A DNA stretch of 64,000 nucleotides from Candidatus Levyibacteriota bacterium (GTDB lineage: Bacteria > Patescibacteriota > Microgenomatia > Levybacterales > UBA12049), in the NCBI GenBank assembly GCA_963790825.1, contig CAWBPM010000002.1:359159-423158 (forward strand), written 5' to 3'. The notes beneath the pieces were generated by a model. That model was given only the letters and a program-made list of their open reading frames with translations, had not been told where the DNA came from and did no database searches. Both the position numbers and the translations under genes were made by a program. Each line of letters starts with the position of its first letter. Position 1 is the first letter of the stretch. Below, in pieces: positions 17,279 through 26,588 of this stretch.

Positions 17279-18526
17279 TTATAACCAGTTAAGTGACTGA
17301 AAAACACCACTCAAGTTCCAATCGAAACTGACTTGTTGTCCGTTTGGTAGAGTGAAGTCTGCAATCGGTCCGTAAACGTTTTCGTTTGCGGCACTGCTTA
17401 CTGATGTTTCGGAATCAGCTGGACCTGCGAGAATATCATTTGGATCCGTTCCCAAGCCCCACAAGAAAGTACTTCCTGTGTTTAAGCTGGCATCATTGTG
17501 TCCAGATTTTACATCCGTAGTTACTGGATTTGACAAATCTGCAATTCCGGTTTGAAAAACAGAACTATCATTCCCTAAATCTGCTGTTAAGCCGTTTCGT
17601 GAATAAGCTCCGTTTCCATCAACTAATCCGTCTACAGTCGCATCGCATCCGCATCCGGTAGATGCCGCATTGAAGTTTGCTTCATTTGAGACATCGACCC
17701 CTGCTTTTGCTAACTGGGTTTCAATACCCGTATCTCCGCCAGTATTTTCATTGGCTGTATTATAGCCGGATTTTGCTTTCGCATTGACATCATTAACGAT
17801 AGTTGCCAGGTTGTCTTGTTCGACAACTGCTGAATTATCGTTTGTTAATTTGACGTCATTCTTACTGTAAGCACCATTCCCTAAAATTTTTAAGGATGAT
17901 GGATCAGTACTTCCGGTTCCGTTCCCTCCAACTTGCGCAACGTTCTCGTTCGCAGCATTATTGATGGTTACATTTGTTTCTGCAGGACCGGTGACAATAC
18001 CGGTATCTCCTCCAGTATTCAAACTTGCATCATTTTTTCCAGAATTTGTATCTGCGTTAACAGTATTAGTGATATTTGCAGTATTAGTCTGGAATAAACC
18101 CGTTGTATTGCTGTTATCGACAACTGCGTTATTGTGAGAGTCGGCGCCGTTACTGCCAATTTTTACATCGGTTGTACTATCGCAATTGCAATTACTTACA
18201 TCTGCAACATTTTTATTTACCTGAGTCGAGAGATTAACATTAGATGTTGCTGCTCCCGTCTGGATAAATGTATCACCGCCTGTATTTAGACTGGCCGTAT
18301 TCCCGCCGCTGGAAGCGTCTGTTTTTACAGTATTTGTAACAGTTGCCGTGTTCGTTTGTTCAACTGTGTTTGTCTGCGTCCCTGTTACTTTAACATCGTT
18401 ACTAGAAGATGCTCCGTTGCCGGTAACTGTAAGGGTTGTATCCGCAAACGCTAAAGGTGCTAAAGCATTGAGTAAGACTGCTCCGGTTGCTATAGCTGTT
18501 GTTAAATTTTTTGAAAATTTTGTCAT
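17279..18526 (-). CDS. 415-aa secreted repeat protein (four modules of roughly 90 aa, NTGGDT core, CxC ends)
   Basis: Signal peptide MTKFSKNLTTAIATGAVLLNALAPLAFA. Modules have the form L-V-GNGA ... SG-N-AS-NTGGDT-I-TG-A ... NV ... C-x-CD (CNCD, CGCD). Confidence 0.65.
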   Translation of the reverse strand: MTKFSKNLTTAIATGAVLLNALAPLAFADTTLTVTGNGASSSNDVKVTGTQTNTVEQTNTATVTNTVKTDASSGGNTASLNTGGDTFIQTGAATSNVNLSTQVNKNVADVSNCNCDSTTDVKIGSNGADSHNNAVVDNSNTTGLFQTNTANITNTVNADTNSGKNDASLNTGGDTGIVTGPAETNVTINNAANENVAQVGGNGTGSTDPSSLKILGNGAYSKNDVKLTNDNSAVVEQDNLATIVNDVNAKAKSGYNTANENTGGDTGIETQLAKAGVDVSNEANFNAASTGCGCDATVDGLVDGNGAYSRNGLTADLGNDSSVFQTGIADLSNPVTTDVKSGHNDASLNTGSTFLWGLGTDPNDILAGPADSETSVSSAANENVYGPIADFTLPNGQQVSFDWNLSGVFQSLNWL

Positions 18527-18621
18527 AGATTAATTTCACCCCCTTTCCTTGACATATAGTCTCTTAGAATCTCTAAGAGCACTTCTTTTCCGTTATATTT
18601 GCCTAAGACCTGATCCCCAGA

Positions 18622-18682
18622 CAAAAAAACGGAAGCTTCTCAATTTAAATGCCTGATTTAAATCGGGACGTTTCCGTTTTTA
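18622..18682 (-). terminator. Terminator-like hairpin after the 64-aa/DUF4352 operon
   Basis: On the minus strand: AAAAACGGAAACG ... inner ATTTAAAT hairpin ... CTTCCGTTTTTTTG. Confidence 0.45.
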
Positions 18683-18904
18683 AAGTTTTCGTACCTTTTA
18701 GTCTAATGATAAATTCTTTCTTCATTTATAATCTGAAATAAACTTACTAACAATAAATTTTGCAATAAAAAAAGCACCTTTACGTGAGACTTTTCACATA
18801 AAGATGCTTCCGATTGCGGCCAGCAATATTTATTATTTTACTTTTCTAAATTTTTATTAAAATTTATAAGAACATAATTAATATAGACCAGTAAAATATT
18901 CTTG

Positions 18905-19099
18905 TCAAGAGCCAATTTTAGCATTGTGCCCGTTTGGCAATCCATTCTCAGTTTTTTTAATGTTTCTTTCGGTTATTTGTACTACTTTAAAATCCTGAAC
19001 AAAAATTTCTACACTGCCCCATCCGCGGATATTTTTTAACGCTTCAATAACTTCTTCGAGAAGCTTTTCGCTAATATGTTTTGTCGAATAATCCGGCAT
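18905..19099 (-). CDS. Small DUF2292/YezD-like protein
   Basis: 64 aa. The GWGSVEIFVQDFKVVQITE core resembles the YezD family. Confidence 0.4.
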   Translation of the reverse strand: MPDYSTKHISEKLLEEVIEALKNIRGWGSVEIFVQDFKVVQITERNIKKTENGLPNGHNAKIGS

Positions 19100-19108
19100 A
19101 AATTAAAA

Positions 19109-19699
19109 TTATTTTAGATTAAGTTTTATTATACTTTTGTTTCCTTTTATTTCACCGACTTGAAGGATCAGATTTTTATCTGTTGTATTAATAGGAAATC
19201 CGAGGCGGGTATATTTGGTAGAAATTGCCTGAATTTCAACCGGATCATTATTAATATCGGCTGCCATTTTTTCATTTGAATTATTAACCATTAATCTAAT
19301 ATAATCCTTGGCATTAATTTGCACATCTTTTTCATAATTGTTGGTAATTTTAATATTTACAACTAAGAATGACCTTCCTTGAATTGATGTTGCTTTTACA
19401 CCCGTTACAATAATCTGATTTGTCTTCTGTACATTAATTAGTGTATAGCTAATTGTACTGACTTGGTGTCCGGCACTATCTTTCAGCGCAAACTGGTAAG
19501 TTTTATTTAACGTCTCCGCGGCTAAGGGTTGCTCTAATTGAACTTGTTGATTTCCGCTGGTTGCTCCGGCCGAGCCGGTTCCGCTACGAAACAGCAGAAT
19601 GGTAATTATTAAAATAAGCAGAATGATAATTGCTGCGGAGAGATAGTGCCAGTTTTTTAAATAAGGTATTATTTTTCTCATAAAAAAGCCCTGTAACAC
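19109..19699 (-). CDS. Membrane-anchored DUF4352-like protein
   Basis: N-terminal TM helix, then a beta-rich extracytoplasmic domain. It is probably in an operon with the 64-aa gene. Confidence 0.4.
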   Translation of the reverse strand: MLQGFFMRKIIPYLKNWHYLSAAIIILLILIITILLFRSGTGSAGATSGNQQVQLEQPLAAETLNKTYQFALKDSAGHQVSTISYTLINVQKTNQIIVTGVKATSIQGRSFLVVNIKITNNYEKDVQINAKDYIRLMVNNSNEKMAADINNDPVEIQAISTKYTRLGFPINTTDKNLILQVGEIKGNKSIIKLNLK

Positions 19700-19743
19700 A
19701 GGGCAGTTATTGTCAGCATACTATCAAAACGCTTGCTTTCTTG

Positions 19744-20337
19744 TCAAGAGGTATTCTCTTTGTTTGAAGTAGTTTCCTTAGTTTCATCCTGTTTATCTTT
19801 CAAAATACTTCGTATGTCTACACTGCCTGATTCAATTTGATGCTGAAGAGTTCTTTCGATATAAGACGTGTCTATTCGCTCAAGCATCCCCGTAAGTTCA
19901 GGATCTTCCTTTTTTATTCCAACCTTTTCCCTAATCTCCGCAAGCACTTCAAGCGTTTTAGTTATTTCTTCCTCCGTCAAAAGCCCTACCTGCAGATGCA
20001 GTTCGTCCCTGAGACTTTGAATTTCTGTTTGCCGATTCTGACTGAGAAGAACAAAAATAGAAATCGTGATTGCTTCAACAGATACAAGCGCGGTTAATAA
20101 GAAAAACGGGTAGGGGTCAAAGGGACGAACATTGGGAAGGATATTGCTATTAAGTAGAATCCAGAGGAAAAACAAATAAAGATTAAGTATAAGAAAAGAG
20201 ATGCTTCCGAATGTTTCGGTAATAAAATCAGATAATTTTTCGCTTGACGTTCTCTGTGCTCTCGCTTTCGCTTCAAAGGACTTGAAAAATCTTTTTCTTC
20301 TTACTATTTTCTCGTGGTGGGCATTACCGTTTTTCAT
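19744..20337 (-). CDS. DUF1003 family membrane protein
   Basis: The FDPYPFFLLTALVSVEAITISIFVLLSQNRQ motif is characteristic of DUF1003. Confidence 0.6.
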   Translation of the reverse strand: MKNGNAHHEKIVRRKRFFKSFEAKARAQRTSSEKLSDFITETFGSISFLILNLYLFFLWILLNSNILPNVRPFDPYPFFLLTALVSVEAITISIFVLLSQNRQTEIQSLRDELHLQVGLLTEEEITKTLEVLAEIREKVGIKKEDPELTGMLERIDTSYIERTLQHQIESGSVDIRSILKDKQDETKETTSNKENTS

Positions 20338-20470
20338 AGAAATAGATTAAATGGCATTAATTTATCTTAATATGTCTGGGTCTTCTTCTGCAACAAGTAA
20401 AATTTTCTCTTTGTGCTATAATGAGATGTACGAAACAGCTGAGTGAACAAGGCTGTTTTTTTGTACGGCT

Positions 20471-22297
20471 ATGGATAATTTTACGTCACGCAATATAAGA
20501 AACATAGCAGTTATCGCTCATGTCGATCATGGGAAAACGACGCTGGTCGATTTTATGCTAAAACAATCCCAGACGTTTAGGGAAAATTCTCCCGAAATGA
20601 CCCAAACGACAATTCTTGATTCCGGTCCTCTTGAAAGGGAACGGGGGATAACCATTTTGGCAAAAAATACGGCTATTTACTATAAAGATACAAAAATAAA
20701 TATTATCGATACTCCTGGACATGCGGATTTCTCGGGAGAAGTGGAACGAACCTTGAATATGGCAGACGGAGCACTCCTTATTATTGATGCCCAGGAAGGA
20801 CCTATGCCGCAGACAAAATTTGTTTTAAAAAAGGCTATGGAAATCGGGTTGAAAATTATTGTTGTTATTAATAAAGTTGATAAGAAGTTAGCCGATATCA
20901 AAGATACTATTGAGAAAACAAATGATTTATTTTTAGAGCTGGCACATGTCCCAAATCAGTTAAATTTTTCTGTTTTTTATGCCATCGGGAAAGAGGGGAA
21001 AGCCGAAGATTCGGTTGAAAAAATTAATGATAATTCAACCCTGGATCCGATTATGCAGGCAATTATCAACGAGATTCCTCAGCCGAAAATCAGACTTGGC
21101 CCCTTTAAATTATTGGTTGCTTCATTGGATTTCGATTCACACCGCGGAAAACACCTTATAGGTCGAATTACTGCCGGTGAAGCGGTTTCGGGTTCACCTG
21201 TTGCGCTTCTCAAAGCAGATGGTTCTAAAGTAATGGGTAAACTCGATCATATAACTGTCACTCATGGGTTAAAAAAGGTTGAGGTAGAATCGGCAGTTGC
21301 CGGAGAAATTATCAATATTACCGGTGTTGATAATGCAGAAATTGGCGATACATTAAGCGACCCGTCAGATCTTACAGCCTTACCCAGAATCTCCATTGAG
21401 GAACCCACAATTAAAATTGCACTTTCCAGTAACACTTCTCCTTTTGCCGGTAAGGAAGGACGATTTTCTAATTCCCGGCAAATTTTAGAAAGATTATACA
21501 AAGAGCTGGAAACTAATGTCAGTTTACGTCTTGAAATTTCGGAGAACGGACTTATCATTTCAGGTAGGGGAGAATTACATTTATCGATTCTTATCGAGAC
21601 GTTGCGGCGTGAAGGCTATGAATTTCAAGTCGGAAAACCACAGGTAATTACAAAAATTGTTGCCGGGATTGAGATGGAACCGGTTGAAGATTTATTTATC
21701 GATATTCCTGATGAATTTGTCGGAACAGCTACGGAAGAAATAGGAAAAAGGAAAGGGCAAATGACCAATATGCTACCAAACCACAAAGGTTATACCAGAA
21801 TTGAATATAAAATTCCCTCCAAATCATTGATCGGACTCAGAAGTATATTACTCACAAAAACAAGAGGATCTGTAGTAATTAACACGATCTTTGATTCTTA
21901 TGCACCCATTTCTCCCGCAACTCCCCAACTTCGAAATGGTGCACTTATTGCTTCCGAGAGTGGAGTCGCGCTCGCATATGGCCTGCATAATGCTCAGGAA
22001 AGAGGAATAACCTTTATCGAGCCGGGAACCAATGTGTATGAAGGAATGATCATTGGTCTGAATACGAGACCGGACGATATTGAGGTTAATGTAACCAAGG
22101 AGAAAAAACAATCTAATATGCGCTCAAAAGGCGAGGGTGTTAAATTGGCTCTAACACCTCCGGTTCTAATGAGTCTTGAGCAATGTATTGATTTTCTGGA
22201 AGATGATGAGTTACTCGAAGTCACGCCGTTAAATCTTAGGCTTCGAAAACGCTTCCTAACCCAGCTGGAAAGGATTCGCTATCTTAGGGGACAGTGA
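20471..22297 (+). CDS. typA: Translational GTPase TypA/BipA
   Basis: IRNIAVIAHVDHGKTTLVD, DTPGHADF and NKVDK are the G-motifs. The 608-aa length and C-terminal domain are typical of BipA. Confidence 0.95.
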   Translation: MDNFTSRNIRNIAVIAHVDHGKTTLVDFMLKQSQTFRENSPEMTQTTILDSGPLERERGITILAKNTAIYYKDTKINIIDTPGHADFSGEVERTLNMADGALLIIDAQEGPMPQTKFVLKKAMEIGLKIIVVINKVDKKLADIKDTIEKTNDLFLELAHVPNQLNFSVFYAIGKEGKAEDSVEKINDNSTLDPIMQAIINEIPQPKIRLGPFKLLVASLDFDSHRGKHLIGRITAGEAVSGSPVALLKADGSKVMGKLDHITVTHGLKKVEVESAVAGEIINITGVDNAEIGDTLSDPSDLTALPRISIEEPTIKIALSSNTSPFAGKEGRFSNSRQILERLYKELETNVSLRLEISENGLIISGRGELHLSILIETLRREGYEFQVGKPQVITKIVAGIEMEPVEDLFIDIPDEFVGTATEEIGKRKGQMTNMLPNHKGYTRIEYKIPSKSLIGLRSILLTKTRGSVVINTIFDSYAPISPATPQLRNGALIASESGVALAYGLHNAQERGITFIEPGTNVYEGMIIGLNTRPDDIEVNVTKEKKQSNMRSKGEGVKLALTPPVLMSLEQCIDFLEDDELLEVTPLNLRLRKRFLTQLERIRYLRGQ

Positions 22298-22395
22298 AGC
22301 TCCTAGGACTTGCGATCTAACTTTCCATTCACATTTCGACGGGAACGAAATCCTTGCGAAGTCCCACTCAGCGGGACGAAGGGGGATAAAAAGAT
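22286..22395 (+). repeat. Copy A of a roughly 105-nt conserved 3'-intergenic hairpin element
   Basis: GACAGTGAAGCTCCTAGGACTTGCG ... GAAGTCCCACTCAGCGGGACGAAGGGGGATAAAAAG. It is about 80% identical to copy B at 33263-33375. It overlaps the typA stop codon. Confidence 0.6.
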
Positions 22396-22740
22396 TTAGC
22401 AGCAATTCTGTTTGTATGTGCAGCGGGGATGGCGAAATTTAAAACGCGTAGGATAACGCAGGCCCTGGACAATACCGCCTGAAACAACTCCTTTTATCAC
22501 AAGCAGATGAAATAAACTGTCAAAGCTAATAAACCCAAGCATAGTTAAGACTGACAACACCAGCCAATGATGAAAATGGTAGGTTTTCGTATGATAATGA
22601 ATCCGAACATTCGGAAGAATTTCAACATTCTTAAAATGGATATGGGGAAGAGCACCTTTCTTTTTTTTGGGGTGAGAGAAGTAAAGAAAAAAAAGATATC
22701 CAATCCCGCCAGACAGAACAAATAAAAAGAGACTATTCAT
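22396..22740 (-). CDS. Hypothetical small membrane protein
   Basis: An ORF with hydrophobic segments and no recognisable motif. Confidence 0.3.
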   Translation of the reverse strand: MNSLFLFVLSGGIGYLFFLYFSHPKKKKGALPHIHFKNVEILPNVRIHYHTKTYHFHHWLVLSVLTMLGFISFDSLFHLLVIKGVVSGGIVQGLRYPTRFKFRHPRCTYKQNCC

Positions 22741-22806
22741 ATGAATTATTCCCCTCCGCTACAGATATCGTAAGAAAATTGAGAAGAATTGTCAAGGGAC
22801 GGGGGC

Positions 22807-23985
22807 TTAACTACTGATTTCAATTAGAGGTAGCTGTTGGCGATTCTTATCCTGCAAAATTACCGTTTTATATAGCTTCTCAAGCCCGTCTACGGTCGCA
22901 TCGATAGAAAACAATTCTGCTTTTTTATGAGCTTCCAGAGAAAGCTGCATCATTTCCTGGCTATTATACAAAAGGTTAATGATCGCTCTGCTAAACTCTT
23001 TTTGATTATTTCGAACCAAGATACCGTTTTTTCCATTTTCTATAATTCCCTCAAACGCAAGGTCTTTTCGAGCAATAATCGGAAGAGATGAAGCCATTGC
23101 TTCAAGTATTACCATTCCTTGTGTCTCTGTTCGAGAAGCAAAAAGAAAAAGCGCTGCGTCCGCATAAACAAGGGCAATAAACTTCTGCTCGATTGAACCG
23201 GTAAAGTATATTCTTTGTTCTACCAATAACGATCTGGCGAGATCTTGTAATTTTTCACGCTCCGGACCGTCCCCTACGATGACAAGGACCGTGTCGGGTC
23301 GTTTTTGCGACACAAGCGCAAATGAACGGATTAAAAAATCGACCGATTTCTCTTTTCCCAATCTTCCTACATACAGAAGGATTTTATCCGTACTTTTCAG
23401 TTTCAACCTTTTTCTTAAAAAACCTTTTTTTACATTTTGGAATTTCTCCAGATCAAGTCCGTTCGGAATAACCGCGATTGGTTTCTGAACGCCGTAAGAA
23501 ATAAGTTCATCTTTTACTTTCATAGTAGGTGCTATCAGAGAATCGGACATATTGCAGAAAACCCGGCTTGCTACTTCAGTCATTTTTGGCGGAATTAATT
23601 TACCATTGAGAAAGTAGTGTGTGTATTTATTCCACAATGTATGGTAAGTACAGACGAAAGGTACTTTTTTTAGAAGCGCGACTTCCCAGCCAAGAAAAGT
23701 AACCGGTCCCCCCGAATGACCATGGATAATATCAAAATCGATTTTTGATAACTGAATAAGCGATTTGCCGGGCAAATACATAGCCAGCCGCAGCTCCGGC
23801 TGCTTCGGTACTTTTACCGAAGTAAGACGGAATACATTTTTTTTATCCTTAAATCCCGGATAAGACGGCGCGATGATATAAACAGTATGCCCTCTGGCTT
23901 CCAGCTCCCTGGCACATGTATCAACAGATATGGCAACCCCATCAATGCGCGGTAAATAGCTGTCCGTGAAAAATCCGATTTTCAT
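22807..23985 (-). CDS. GT4 glycosyltransferase
   Basis: MKIGFFTDSYLPRIDGVAISV at the N-terminus, and a C-terminal GT-B domain (ETQGMVILEAMASSLPIIA). Confidence 0.8.
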   Translation of the reverse strand: MKIGFFTDSYLPRIDGVAISVDTCARELEARGHTVYIIAPSYPGFKDKKNVFRLTSVKVPKQPELRLAMYLPGKSLIQLSKIDFDIIHGHSGGPVTFLGWEVALLKKVPFVCTYHTLWNKYTHYFLNGKLIPPKMTEVASRVFCNMSDSLIAPTMKVKDELISYGVQKPIAVIPNGLDLEKFQNVKKGFLRKRLKLKSTDKILLYVGRLGKEKSVDFLIRSFALVSQKRPDTVLVIVGDGPEREKLQDLARSLLVEQRIYFTGSIEQKFIALVYADAALFLFASRTETQGMVILEAMASSLPIIARKDLAFEGIIENGKNGILVRNNQKEFSRAIINLLYNSQEMMQLSLEAHKKAELFSIDATVDGLEKLYKTVILQDKNRQQLPLIEISS

Positions 23986-24103
23986 ACCTTCTTATTATAG
24001 CAAGAGATCTGAACAAGAAACAAGTTATAGTATATAACAAGTTTTGCCTGTAAAAGTGTATATCCACTACTTTCTCACTTGTGTTATTATATATTCGTAC
24101 AAG

Positions 24104-25396
24104 ATGAGAATTAGTAAAGTTCACGCCAGACAAATTCTTGATTCACGCGGTAATCCTACTGTAGAAGCTGACGTTTTTTTAGAAAACAGAGTCATGGGAA
24201 GAGCCGCAGTTCCTTCAGGTGTATCAACCGGTACACATGAAGCAGTCGAACTCCGTGATAATAATCCTAAACTTTATGGTGGGAAAAGTGTTCTTCATGC
24301 CGTTGAAAGTGTTAATACGACAATTGCCCAGGCTATAATCGGTCTGGATGCAGAAGACCAGTCTGCTCTTGACCAAGAGCTACTCAAACTTGATGGTACA
24401 CCGAATAAATCTAAGTTAGGTGCCAATACGATCTTAGCTGTTTCCCTAGCCGCTGCTCATGCAACAGCTAATGAACAGGGATTACCGCTTTTTATGTATC
24501 TACGAAAACTTGCTCACACAACGGATATGCCGAGGTTGCCGGTACCTATGATGAATATTATTAACGGTGGAAAACATGCAGATTGGGCAACGGATTTGCA
24601 GGAATTTCTTATCATTCCTGTTGGCGGCGAAACTTTTAGTCACGCTCTACAAATTGGTACAGAAGTATTCCATAGCTTAGGAAATATTTTGAGAGAGAAA
24701 GGATATTCAACGCTTGTTGGTGACGAAGGAGGATACGCTCCAAAAATGCAACAGGGAAATACTGAACCTTTTGAACTGATAAGTCTTGCCGTAGAAAGAG
24801 CAGGATATGTTTTAGGAGACGATATTGTTTTTGGCATCGATGCTGCTGCGTCTGAATTTTATAAGAATGGTAAATATATTTTGAAAGCAGAAAACAAGGA
24901 ACTGTCGAGTAACGAAATGATCGAATGGCTGGCAGCGCTGGTACAAAAGTATCCAATCATTTCCTTAGAAGACCCGTTAGATCAAGAAGATTGGGAGGGT
25001 TGGAAAAAGCTCACGGCAAAACTTGGAGATAAAATACAGATTATCGGTGATGATTTATTTGTGACAAATACTGAGTTTTTACAAAAAGGCATCGATGAAA
25101 AAGCCGCAAATGCAATTTTAATTAAACCTAACCAGATTGGTACTTTAACTGAAACAATTACTGCTGTGAATATGGCAGATCGAGCCGGATTTAAATCAAT
25201 TATTTCTCACCGCTCAGGCGAAACGGAGGATACAACAATTGCACATCTAGCAGTAGGTTTAGCAGCGGGACAAATTAAAACCGGTTCGCTTTCCCGAACT
25301 GATCGTGTCTCGAAATACAACGAGCTTCTCCGAATTGAAGAAATCCTGGGAACTGATGCAGTATATCCCGGGAAAACAATTTTTACTAAAAAATAA
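24104..25396 (+). CDS. eno: Enolase
   Basis: [24 protein letters not shown] and SHRSGETED. The start is the ATG at 24104; the ORF track start at 24044 is an upstream extension. Confidence 0.95.
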   Translation: MRISKVHARQILDSRGNPTVEADVFLENRVMGRAAVPSGVSTGTHEAVELRDNNPKLYGGKSVLHAVESVNTTIAQAIIGLDAEDQSALDQELLKLDGTPNKSKLGANTILAVSLAAAHATANEQGLPLFMYLRKLAHTTDMPRLPVPMMNIINGGKHADWATDLQEFLIIPVGGETFSHALQIGTEVFHSLGNILREKGYSTLVGDEGGYAPKMQQGNTEPFELISLAVERAGYVLGDDIVFGIDAAASEFYKNGKYILKAENKELSSNEMIEWLAALVQKYPIISLEDPLDQEDWEGWKKLTAKLGDKIQIIGDDLFVTNTEFLQKGIDEKAANAILIKPNQIGTLTETITAVNMADRAGFKSIISHRSGETEDTTIAHLAVGLAAGQIKTGSLSRTDRVSKYNELLRIEEILGTDAVYPGKTIFTKK

Positions 25397-25398
25397 AT

Positions 25399-26031
25399 AT
25401 GGCATATTTAATACTCGTTCGCCACGGCGCTTCGGAATATAACGAAAAGGGAATTTGGACAGGATGGGATGATCCTAATCTCACAGAAAAAGGTATTCGT
25501 GAAGCGGGCATTGCTGGATCTTTGTTGAAAGACATTCCTTTAGATATTGGTTATACTTCAGCTTTAAAACGTACGACTGAAACTCTCAGTGAAATCGAAA
25601 AAATTTTGCATCGGGAAGATCTTCCGGTCATAGCAACTCATAAACTAAATGAGCGAAACTATGGCGATTATACGGGTAAAAATAAATGGGAGATTAAAAA
25701 GGAAATAGGAGAAGAAGAGTTTTTGAAATTGCGCCGGAGCTGGGACTATCCTGTCCCGAACGGCGAGTCACTTAAACAAGTGTATGAACGTGAAATTCCT
25801 TATTTTGAATCAGAGATCCTGCCCAGGTTAAAAGATGGGGAAAATGTCATTATCGTATCATCCGGAAATGCGCTGCGTGCTTTGGTTAAATATTTGGATC
25901 ACATTCCCGATGATCAGATTACCGGTCTTGAGATCGGACTCGGAGAAATATACGTTTATCAAATAGATACCAGGGGGAAGGTGACTGCAAAAGAAATCCG
26001 CGCAAAAAATCCACTGGCCGGAAAAATATAA
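25399..26031 (+). CDS. gpmA: 2,3-bisphosphoglycerate-dependent phosphoglycerate mutase
   Basis: LILVRHGASEYNEKGIWTGWDDPNLTEKG is the His-phosphatase RHG motif. It lies directly downstream of eno. Confidence 0.9.
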   Translation: MAYLILVRHGASEYNEKGIWTGWDDPNLTEKGIREAGIAGSLLKDIPLDIGYTSALKRTTETLSEIEKILHREDLPVIATHKLNERNYGDYTGKNKWEIKKEIGEEEFLKLRRSWDYPVPNGESLKQVYEREIPYFESEILPRLKDGENVIIVSSGNALRALVKYLDHIPDDQITGLEIGLGEIYVYQIDTRGKVTAKEIRAKNPLAGKI

Positions 26032-26039
26032 AGTAAATT

Positions 26040-26546
26040 TTATTTTTTTGCAGTCCGTTTAACTACCTTTGAGGAATTGATGATATCTCTCGGTTCGCCG
26101 TCGGGTCCGTCAATTTCATTTGCTCCGGTCATCCTTTGATATTCCAAGAGATAGTCGGAAAGTGCGGCTTGTTTTTCCCTTAACTCCAACCGCATGCTTT
26201 TTACTTTATCCGCTAGTTGTACTACTGCCGGTTGCTTCATAATCTGGTCCCGAGTCGCGGATTTTACTTTATTTGCTTCTTTTACTTTTTTATCGTGTTC
26301 CAGGTAAACCGGACTATTATTAAATGAATCAGCAAACATTTCATTGTGCTTGCGCATTTCCTCGCGGAGCTTATCAATCGTCGCGATGTGGGATTTAATA
26401 AGTTCTTCCAAACTTAAAAGAACGGTGGCTTCGCTATTTGTACTATCGGAACGGGAAGAAGAAACGATATCTCCTTCGACTACTAGTTCCTCATCCTTAT
26501 TGTTGTCCTGGTCATCCATATAATTTACTATACAAAATATTAACAT
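26040..26546 (-). CDS. Hypothetical acidic coiled-coil protein
   Basis: ORF only. Confidence 0.35.
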   Translation of the reverse strand: MLIFCIVNYMDDQDNNKDEELVVEGDIVSSSRSDSTNSEATVLLSLEELIKSHIATIDKLREEMRKHNEMFADSFNNSPVYLEHDKKVKEANKVKSATRDQIMKQPAVVQLADKVKSMRLELREKQAALSDYLLEYQRMTGANEIDGPDGEPRDIINSSKVVKRTAKK

Positions 26547-26588
26547 AATAAATCAATAGGGGAATCCACTCTCTTTCTGAAATTTGTT

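Noticed and set aside
20471-22297. Possibility that TGA is recoded, as in some candidate-phyla lineages, which would change every ORF call
   Set aside because: TGA terminates well-conserved genes exactly where the homologous proteins end, for example typA (...LRGQ-TGA) and the PIG-L gene at 781-783. TAA and TAG also terminate conserved genes. The standard code fits.
24044-24103. 60-nt N-terminal extension of enolase ([20 protein letters not shown]) given by the ORF track
   Set aside because: Enolases start at the conserved M(R/K)I..(V/I)...R. The ATG at 24104 restores the canonical N-terminus. The extension is hydrophobic junk.
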